A stretch of 32,000 bases of DNA from Candidatus Saccharimonadota bacterium (GCA_042852035.1 BAAFHK010000001.1:330001-362000), one strand, 5' to 3'. Counted from the stretch's first letter, positions 11,163 to 19,004 are shown. Numbers and translations are program-made. Notes: generated by a model from the letters alone, not told the origin.

Positions 11163-12059
11163 ATGGAAGCAGTACAAAGCATGGAGGGACTCAAGATGGC
11201 ATCTCGTAATCTTGATTATGCACAGGTAGAGGCTTCACTCGTGGCACAACTCCGAGCGTATGCAGAGTGAGCAAAACAACGATGATATGTTGTTGGAGTG
11301 AGTGGTGGAGTCGATAGCGCGGTTGTCTCGACTCTTGCCGCGAAGACAGGACTCCCGCTCTATGTCGTCGAGATGCCGATACATCAGAGAGAGGAGGAAG
11401 TGAGTCGTTCGAGTGAACATATTGCTTGGCTCCAGGAAAACTATCCGAATGTCGTAGCATGGAAAGAGGATCTCGGAGATGTGTTCGACCTCATGCAGGC
11501 AAAAATCGAACGCGTTGCGAGTGTCCTCGGAGCACCGAATGGGACCAAACTCGCCCTCGCCAATACTCGCTCACGACAGCGTATGGAATGGCTCTATGCG
11601 ATGGCGGGATCACTTGGGCTCCTCGTCGCAGGTACTGGGAATAGGGTCGAAGACTATGGTATCGGATTTTTCACGAAGTATGGTGATGGAGGAGTCGATG
11701 TAAGTCCAATCGGAGAACTCTACAAATCAGAAGTCCGAGCCCTCGGTCGACATATGGGAGTGAGGCCATCCCTCACTGAAGCGGTCCCGACTGATGGACT
11801 CCATACCGATGGTGCAACCGATGAAGACCAGATTGGTGCCACTTATGATGAGCTCGAGTGGGCAATGGTCGAACATGATGAGTTTGCTAGTATGTGAGCC
11901 TCGAATTTTGTATCTACTGATGCTTCTACTAGTCTCGAATGGGCAAAGAGAACCTTCTCTGGTCGAGCGGCTGAAGTCATGTCTACCTACCTCGGTCGTC
12001 ACTATCAAAATGCTCATAAGATGGCGATGCCACCAGTATTTGCACTCCCAGTATCATAA
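11163..12059 (+). CDS. nadE: NH3-dependent NAD+ synthetase
   Basis: 298 aa with 3 in-frame TGA. It carries the PP-loop VVGVSGGVDSAVV plus ..ANTRSRQRM.., LVAGTGNRVEDYGIGFFTKYGDGGVD and PIGELYKSEVRALG. TAA stop at 12057-12059. Confidence 0.92.
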
Positions 12060-12065
12060 AACTTT

Positions 12066-12680
12066 ATGCACAAATCCCCTATCGTCATGTATGGTTGAGC
12101 CTTCAATCCTCCACACATGGATCACATCTCGAAGGAAGGAATCGTCGGAAGACTTCTCGAAACCGTGGCAGAAAAGATCCTCATCATCCCGACGGGGGAA
12201 CGAAGTGATAAATGATATCATGGGATTTCTTATCATAATCGACTCGAGATGCTCCGTCTCGCCACTGAGGATTTCCGTGGACGAGTCGAAGTGGATACGG
12301 TTTGTATGGATGGATATATCGACTCCACAACTCTTGCTCAGGCGAGATATCTCAGACGAGAATACGGTTATGATGTTCCTCAGGTATTTGGTGCTGACGT
12401 AGCAGTTCATATGAGGGAATGGGATAGAACGGGATTTGTAGCAGAAAAACTCCCAAAAATATTTGTTACTCGTCCAGGTTTTGAGATTACGTGAGTCCAA
12501 AATTACCAAACTCTTCATTTTGTTTCACGAGGATTCTCAAGTACTGATATTAGAAAAGATGTTGCTCGAATCCTTGCCTGAAAAGAAAATATTGAAGCCC
12601 TCCGAAAAAAAGTCCACTCAAAAGTACTTGATTACATCCTTAAAAATAACCTCTTTAACGAAGTTCCCCATGCAGAATAA
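12066..12680 (+). CDS. nadD: Nicotinate-nucleotide adenylyltransferase
   Basis: 204 aa. MYG[TGA]AFNPPHMDH matches GxFxPxHxGH, and the C-terminal FSSTDIR is the ISSTxIR motif. It starts 7 nt after nadE. TAA stop at 12678-12680. Confidence 0.88.
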
Positions 12681-13269
12681 TTACACCCTTCATAAACCAA
12701 CTACAATTCCTGTAACTCAACTTTCTCTCAATAGAATAAGCCAAAGAGGGAAATGGATGCAGGTGATGGAACAAACCCTTCGTCGAGTGCATGATAAAGA
12801 AATATTTCAGTGGGAAGTGCTCTCGAAAAAACCGGCTGTTACCGTACTTCCTATCACTCCTGCGAAGGAGCTTATCCTCATCGATCAGTTTCGCTATCCG
12901 ATCATGGACTGGGAACTCGAGTGCCCAGCAGAGACTATGGATCAGGAAGGGGATACTCCTGAGTGAGCGGCAGTGCGAGCCCTCAGTGAGGAGATAGGAT
13001 ATCGGTGTGAACGCATCCAGAGGGTGGCAACCTATGCTTCCTCATGAGGAACTACGGATGAACTCTCGTATGGATTTCTTGCTCATGATTGTACTCCACT
13101 TGAGGGTGGTCACCATCGAAGTGAAGATGAGATAATCCGTGTGAATCATGTCCCTCTCTCTCATATCGAACACTTTCTCGACACACGTATCCGTGACGGA
13201 CAAATTCTCAATCCCAAAATGGATGGACTTATTGGGAGATGTCTGAGAAATATTTACTCCTCTTCATAA
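12670..13269 (+). CDS. Nudix hydrolase (ADP-ribose pyrophosphatase-like by context)
   Basis: 199 aa. ATG 12670 overlaps the nadD stop by 11 nt. The Nudix box remnant reads GDTPE[G]AAVRALSEEIGY. TAA stop at 13267-13269. Confidence 0.78.
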
Positions 13270-13307
13270 GAACTTCATCTGAGAATACTCTCTGATGCAA
13301 TCATTAT

Positions 13308-13337
13308 AAAAAAGGTGCCCCCGCGTGAGCGGGGGCA
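13308..13337. terminator. GC-rich bidirectional intrinsic terminator
   Basis: A6 (13308-13313), then TGCCCCCGC (13316-13324), loop GTGA, then GCGGGGGCA (13329-13337). Read on the minus strand it is a 9-bp GC stem followed by a T-run, ending the island operon. It lies between convergent genes. Confidence 0.7.
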
Positions 13338-13444
13338 TGAGGGTTTTGTGCTCAACGCCACACATGCAGCCCTACGGGTGCATGGGGAACTCAGGTCAAG
13401 TCTCAGACTCGAAAGAGTTATTTATCGGAGAGACACAGGTGTGG

Positions 13445-13999
13445 TCAACCCCCGGGAATGGGGGCTCGCTTCTTCGTCTTGAACGATCCTTCGGTTGAAT
13501 CGTCCGTGACTGGTTTCAGGATCTCATCCAGGTTGCTCATGCGCGGGAAACCGAAGATGCCCGCGACGGCACCGCTCGGAAAGGTTGCGAGGAACGTCTT
13601 GTACTCGCGACCCCGATCGATGAGTCCAGTCTGGGCGGCGCGGAACTGTGCCAGGCCTGATTCACCGATCGTGACGATCTTGAGCTGGAGCTCTGCCGAA
13701 ACGTTCGGATAGGTCTGGCCGAGCCAGAGCATCATGGCGCCTTGGCCCGTCTTGCCCTGCCAGCCGTTCGTGGTCGCCGTGACCATCTCGCGGAGCATGT
13801 CACGGTACTTCTTCTCACCGAGATTGGCGGCCTCGAGGGGCCCATAGTAGGCGTTTGCCATCACGTTCTGGTTGTTGTCGTAGGCAGCCTTGATGGCTGC
13901 CTCATAGCGTTGGGCTGTGTTGTACGTCATGATCACGTACAGTACAGCGACGAGGAGCACAGCCACGATGCCCATGATCCATTTGGTAGATGTCTTCAT
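13445..13999 (-). CDS. LemA-like membrane protein (standard-code coordinates)
   Basis: 184 aa from ATG 13999, which has GAAGGA 9 nt upstream; the track's TTG start is at 14020. It has an N-terminal TM helix (WIMGIVAVLLVAVLYVIMTYN) and a C-terminal FPSGAVAGIFGFP resembling the LemA FP..A..FGF motif. It stops at TGA 13445-13447; under table 25 it would extend 9 codons to TAA 13418-13420. Confidence 0.65.
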   Translation of the reverse strand: MKTSTKWIMGIVAVLLVAVLYVIMTYNTAQRYEAAIKAAYDNNQNVMANAYYGPLEAANLGEKKYRDMLREMVTATTNGWQGKTGQGAMMLWLGQTYPNVSAELQLKIVTIGESGLAQFRAAQTGLIDRGREYKTFLATFPSGAVAGIFGFPRMSNLDEILKPVTDDSTEGSFKTKKRAPIPGG

Positions 14000-14012
14000 T
14001 TGACGCATTCCT

Positions 14013-15272
14013 TCATTCAAGTGATGCCTCGATGAGGCGGGAAAACAGGATGGACATGATCAGGCAAAAGGCGATGACCAGAGGGTAGAGCCACCATGGG
14101 AGCACAATCCCCCATGACAGGTACTCAAAGGTTTTCATCTGCCGTCTTTCCCAATCTGCTTGGACTCGATCTCGGATGACCGTCATGAGTTTTGGATCGT
14201 CGAGACTGAGTACTTGAAGCTGATCTCTCAGATTGATGCGGATTTCTGGCTTTACCGACCAGAAATCTATCACATCGACCCATTCAATCTTCGGGAAGTT
14301 TATCGAGCCAACGACGATTGTCAGCTGATTTTTCCTCCCGTGGATCCAGTAGGCGTCAAGCGCTGTGGTGAATTCACGACTTGCTTCATCGACCACATAG
14401 ATTACGACATTCACCTCTTTCGAGGGGCCGAATGATCCGTTGAGTCTATTGAGTTCAGCTTCAATTCGTTGCTTCCATTCCGATGGAACTTGGACTCCTT
14501 TCGTAATGACTCTGTGACTCATCCAGGGGCCAATACCCGCTGGGTGTTCCACGATGGATGGCACTCTTTCGAGCTTTCCGAGGTATGGTTTTGCCACCTC
14601 GGCTGAAGTCTGGTACAGATTGTTCCCAGCGAGGATGTAGTTCACTACAGGTTTTTCATAGGTGACATAGAGCTCACTGCTCTTTCCGCCTATGTAGTCC
14701 GTCCTGAACTTCCTACCGTCACCGATACTGCATTGGTCAAAATTGCTGTTCGGAACTTGCCTTTCATTCTTGAGTTCGGTTACGAGGTTTCGGTAGTTGG
14801 TGCTACCTATCCGATGAGTGCTCCCATCGGAAAACTCGATCTTGAAGACATCAGGATGGTGATTGTCGCAGTAGGTGTTGGTTACGCTACTGGTACAGTT
14901 TCCATCTTTGTCACGCCCAGTACAGGTTGTTTCTGTTCTGATGCTTGTATAGGATTCTTCCCAAGCTCCTCCGATGGCTTGGGCGTTGAAGTTGCTCTTG
15001 TCTGCAATACCAGTGGTGTAGAATACACCAACGGTGAAGTAGACGGTGATGAATGCTGGCCAAAGAAAAATGAATGGCCAACCCGTGCTGATTTGCTTAT
15101 ATTTTTTCAACAAGTAGTTACCCACTGGAACTGCGACGAGCAGTGCCCAGAAGGTTACTTGGTGAATGGTGATTTTCATTGTCACCAAAAAAGCATTCTC
15201 AAGGTACCAGATGGGACCAATAAGGATGCTTCCTACAAGCAATATCAGAGCTATGGTTACTCTCTGATCCAT
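14013..15272 (-). CDS. Polytopic membrane protein, 419 aa, unknown function (standard-code coordinates)
   Basis: Intact in the standard-code track. AAGGAG (15277-15282) sits 4 nt before the ATG. It has about 4 N-terminal TM helices, a Cys-containing central domain, and a segment VNVVIYVVDEASREFTTALDAYWIHGRKNQLTIVVGS faintly reminiscent of TPM domains that often accompany LemA, followed by a C-terminal TM helix. It stops at TGA 14013-14015. Confidence 0.65.
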   Translation of the reverse strand: MDQRVTIALILLVGSILIGPIWYLENAFLVTMKITIHQVTFWALLVAVPVGNYLLKKYKQISTGWPFIFLWPAFITVYFTVGVFYTTGIADKSNFNAQAIGGAWEESYTSIRTETTCTGRDKDGNCTSSVTNTYCDNHHPDVFKIEFSDGSTHRIGSTNYRNLVTELKNERQVPNSNFDQCSIGDGRKFRTDYIGGKSSELYVTYEKPVVNYILAGNNLYQTSAEVAKPYLGKLERVPSIVEHPAGIGPWMSHRVITKGVQVPSEWKQRIEAELNRLNGSFGPSKEVNVVIYVVDEASREFTTALDAYWIHGRKNQLTIVVGSINFPKIEWVDVIDFWSVKPEIRINLRDQLQVLSLDDPKLMTVIRDRVQADWERRQMKTFEYLSWGIVLPWWLYPLVIAFCLIMSILFSRLIEASLE

Positions 15273-15513
15273 GTTGCTCCTTGTAGAAAAGGCGAGACTG
15301 TTAAGGTTCGTAACCGTTTGTCTGCTTTCCGTTTCAAGTGTGGTACTTCTGAGAGGGTATTTGTCTCGGAAGGTTATTTGACCATCTACCTGACGTACTT
15401 GCTAGGCTTAAACTGATTATAAGTATAAAAATTAGTTGTCAATACAATTTAATATAAAAATGTCAATATATAATTTTATGACTTTTTTTAGGATTTCAGG
15501 TTTTCAGTATAAT

Positions 15514-15533
15514 AAGTGTAATACTATACACTT
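15514..15533. promoter_or_regulatory. Candidate NrtR operator (autoregulatory, abuts nrtR start codon)
   Basis: AAGTGTA-ATACTA-TACACTT has perfect 7-nt arms. The spacer between AAGTGT and ACACTT is 8 nt rather than 7. It ends 1 nt before ATG 15535. Confidence 0.6.
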
Positions 15534-15534
15534 T

Positions 15535-16230
15535 ATGTCCACACTTCATCCCACCTATACCGAAGATATCTTTAATCTCTCGATCCCAGTACTTGCAGTT
15601 GATATCGTTCTTTTTACTCTCTATAAAGACCAACTGTGTGTCGTCCTCGTACCAGGACGAAATGAATGGGCAAAAGGAAAACTCACGCTTCCTGGTGGAA
15701 TTATCGGACGTAGAGAAACTCTTGAGGAGGCGGCTGATCGCATCCTTTATCGAGATACGAATATAAAAAATGTTTATAAAGAGCAGCTTTATACCTTTTC
15801 AGCCCATGGTCGAGATGATCGATGAGATGTAGTGTCATGTTCATATTATACCTTGGTTTGAACTCGAGAATTTCTCTCTCATATTGATCTCACGAAGGTT
15901 TCTCTCATGCCGTATAAAAATATTTCCCGTGAGACAGTTGCTTATGATCATGCTGATATTATCCAGTATGCTTATCAGCGACTCAAGTGGAAGATGGAAT
16001 ATACTGATGTTGTAAAAAGCATTCTCCCTGATCGTTTTACTCTTCGTGAACTCCAGGAGGTATATGAAACGATTTTTGATAAACCCTTCGACAAAAGAAA
16101 TTTTCGTAAAAAAATCCTTTCCCTTGACCTTATTGAAGAGACGAGTGAATTTGATACCGAGAACTCTAAAAGACCTGCAAAACTCTATCGATTCTCTGAA
16201 AAGGAACTCAAAATAATCGGAATTCTCTAG
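15535..16230 (+). CDS. nrtR: NrtR-family transcriptional regulator (Nudix-like domain + C-terminal winged helix)
   Basis: 231 aa with 2 in-frame TGA joining track ORFs 15436.. and 15907... The Nudix box is degenerate, GGIIGRRETLEEAADRILYRDT, with the REUxEE glutamates lost. The C-terminus DRFTLRELQEVYETIFDKPFDKRNFRKKILSL..RPAKLYRF is the NrtR wHTH pattern. TAG stop at 16228-16230. Confidence 0.85.
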
Positions 16231-16232
16231 TT

Positions 16233-17510
16233 ATGATATATATATTTTGAGGAGCTTTTGATCCGCCACATGTTGGACATACTGCCATCTTGAAGAGTCT
16301 TCTCGCGAAAAAACATCCAGAAAAAATTATCATCCTTCCATCGAGTGAGCGTGATGATAAGAAGTACAGCGTGAGCGATGAACATCGACTCGCAATGCTT
16401 GATATTTTTGTGAGCGAACTCAATGATTCACGAGTTATTTTAGATGATTATTTTGTAAAATATTGGAAGTGAGAAATGATTACGAAGGATGTTGATTTTT
16501 ATGTCCAAGAGAAATATGGGGCAGATATTGTCCATGTATTTTGAAGTGATACGATTTCTTGGATGAATAGCTGGGATAGCGAACATTATGCAGCAAGAAA
16601 GATACGGAAATTATTCGTTCCGAGAGTGACTGAAGGTGGCAGTCATTGCGAGGAGCGGAACGACGAAGCAATCCAGGAACAATATAAGGATTCTTCTTCC
16701 TTCCTGGATCGCCACGCTTTGCTCGCGATGACGGAGCACGGGAAAATAGATAATTTCGAGCTTTTCACTGACTGTCATATCCCAGCAATTTCCTCGACAG
16801 AGCTTCGAGCTCTGATACCAGATTATACCGGGCTTAAGGAGTATTATGAAGAGCAACCAAAATTTATTATCCCAGGTCTCTCGAAAAGAATTTCTCAGTA
16901 CATTCTCGAAAACAGACTCTATCGACCAAAAACCAATAAAAAGCCAAAAGTTCTCGTACATGTGTGTTGTGGTCCTGATGTGACTATGCCGATTATGGCA
17001 CTTCGCGATGAATATGAGGTGATTTGTTTCTGGTACGACCCAAATATCCAACCAAAAGAAGAACATGATAAACGCTATGATGCTTTCGTGAAGGTCTGTG
17101 AACTCGAAAATGTTCCTTTTATTAAATGAGCCTACGATGTCAAGCACTTCTTCACTCGAATTAAAGGGCTCGAATTCACTCCTGAAAAAGGAGAGAAATG
17201 TACGAATTGCTATGATATGCGTATGTATGTCGCGGCAAAACTCGCGAAAAAACTCAAAATCCCATACTATACTTCTTCGCTCAATACGAGTCCCAAAAAA
17301 GATCTCGAAAAACTCTTTAAAATCGGATATGAATATGCAGAAAAATTCGGGATAAAATTTCTCGATATCCCATTTCGAAAAAAGTGAGGATTCGAAAAAT
17401 CGGTAGAATATACGCATGAAAACGACATCTACCGACAAAATTATTGTGGATGTATCTACTCAATCAGAGAAGGGGGAGAGAGTGAGATGAAGGGGAAGAT
17501 GGTTGGGTAA
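16233..17510 (+). CDS. Fusion: NadD-like nucleotidyltransferase + QueH (DUF208) epoxyqueuosine reductase
   Basis: 425 aa in a single table-25 frame (track ORFs 16290.. and 16563.. joined by TGA). The N-terminus has IF[G]GAFDPPHVGH and later ISSTELR. The C-terminus has VLVHVCCGPD, FWYDPNIQP, CTNCYDMR, SSLNTSPKK and IYRQNYCGCIYS, the QueH Cys pattern. TAA stop at 17508-17510. Confidence 0.85.
16642..16732. repeat. GC-rich imperfect inverted repeat embedded in-frame in the NadD-like domain
   Basis: The left arm is GTCATTGCGAGGAGCGGAACGACGAAGCAATCCAGG (16642-16677). The right arm is CCTGGATCGCCACGCTTTGCTCGCGATGAC (16703-16732). The termini GTCATyGCGAG and ATCCAGG are complementary. It encodes ..GSHCEERNDEAIQ..LDRHALLAMTE.. 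and accounts for a ~35-aa insertion relative to the nadD paralog at 12066. Confidence 0.5.
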
Positions 17511-17513
17511 TCT

Positions 17514-19004
17514 TTATGAAACTCTTTCTAGATTTTCAACTTTTACTCGAGATCCATCGGAGTAGATTATTCATTCATAGACTCAACGCTCGTCTCAAAA
17601 TCTTGCATCGTTCATGGTAATTCCTCACGATACTGCCACTCATCATGTCTCATAAAGAAGCGTCGTTAAACCATGATCATCATTGGTTCTGTGTCAAAAA
17701 GGAATTGCTGCAAAAGCAATTTCGCGGAGTTTTGGGGATTTTAATTGATGTTTTGGACTGGTAAAAACTCGAGCATTAAAATCGCCTTCCTGGGAACCTC
17801 AAGAAAGTATGAATCGAATCTTTTCTCAAGATGCATCAGTAAGGCCTCGAACAATTTGTTTTTTGGGAATTCATATCTCATTTTCCAAAGAAAAAGAAGG
17901 AGTGCGGTAAGGTCAAAATTGTCGGACTTGATAGATGAGTGGTTTTCTTCCATGGAATCAGAATTCCATGTGAAATGAGTAATCTTCTCAAAAAACATTT
18001 CTCTTTTGAACTTTCTTATAGAGCTCTACGAGTGAAGGTATTTTTCCATTAATTCAATCTGAATATCCTTCCGTTTCAATAGTTTCTCCAGTGTTTGAAT
18101 CATAGATGATACTGCTTGGATGATCATCAAATTCATAAAAATAATCTGATTCTCATCAGAGTCTTTGTTGTTCGCTTCTTCTTGTTGGATTTCGAAAGGT
18201 AATGATATACACTCATCTTCTGTGTGGACTCTCTGAAATACCTCAAATAGCACTGCCATCAAGAGGGGATTCCACTTGAATATAGATGCCAGTTTCTTTT
18301 GTGGAACGAAGTCCATCGAACTCGAATCATCCTGCTAGAGAAAATTTCTGTCGCATTCCTTCGATGATTCTGACATGTTTTGGAACTCAGATAGAGAGGA
18401 GTCGATCCATGAGTTCCTTATAATTCGTTGTATCGGTTCATTCTTTCACTCATGAAAGAAGTCGAATATACATATCCATGGGGATTTCATCATCTGTTTC
18501 ATATAATACCTCATCCTCGCCCATCACAAGAAATCCTCTGTTTGAAGGTGGGGCGAATTCTCAGTGATGGTATTGGTAACTATCCTCCCATTCTTTAGGA
18601 AAACGCATTTCACATCAAAATTCTTGAAAGAAAGCCAGAGCTCGATACACCTTAAATAGCTCTGTTGTTTTATGGTCCAAATCTTTAATTGTTTTTGTTT
18701 TCAATGGATATCTTGTAAGCTCTGTTGGTAGTGCTCCAATATATCATCTATGGTCATCAGGATGAGTAGATCGATAGATTAAGCCTTCTTCCATACCTTG
18801 AAAATCTGGCGGAAGATTCGGTATGTTTCATGACCTAAGTATTTCTCTATCAATAAGAAAGCCAGGGAGAATATGGTCTTTCAATTCAGGAAATGTTCGT
18901 AAGTATTCAAGAATTCAGGCCTTTGATCACATGCGTTCGGTATATTCCTTGAGTCTCGAATCGAGAGCATCGTTATGATGCTCTCAGAAGTGAAGTATTG
19001 CCAT
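17514..19004 (-). CDS. Hypothetical protein, 496 aa (possibly ATP-grasp/PEP-utilising-like; unassigned)
   Basis: The continuous table-25 frame from ATG 19004 to TAA 17514-17516 has 29 in-frame TGA, so it is absent from the standard-code track. The sequence is protein-like (..YIGALPTELTRYPL.., ..HMEFGFHGRKPLIYQVRQFGP.. resembling the DIE[FW]..ilQ.RP end of PPDK_N-type ATP-grasp domains). Confidence 0.65.

Larger units (their letters stand above)
13306..15415 (-). other. GC-rich, standard-genetic-code two-gene island (putative horizontally acquired DNA)
   Basis: Sampled stretches are 48-57% GC against ~30-40% in the flanks. Both ORFs lack TGA internally, stop at TGA and have strong SD sites. 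The island interrupts the NAD cluster between the Nudix gene and nrtR. Confidence 0.6.

Noticed and set aside
13742-15416. Plus-strand ORFs inside the GC-rich island (13742..14035 at 97 aa; 14733..15416 at 227 aa).
   Set aside because: They are antisense to the two island genes. High GC content suppresses stop codons and produces long shadow frames. They have no SD site and no plausible protein features.
13303-15422. A 7-bp direct repeat ATTATAA at both island edges (13303-13309 and 15416-15422), considered as a possible target-site duplication.
   Set aside because: It is too short and AT-only in an AT-rich genome, so chance occurrence is likely. No integrase, transposase or inverted terminal repeats accompany it.
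17741-18316. Two minus-strand track ORFs of 85 and 96 aa.
   Set aside because: They are out of frame with the uninterrupted 496-aa table-25 ORF (17514..19004) that covers them. They are artefacts of calling ORFs with TGA as stop.
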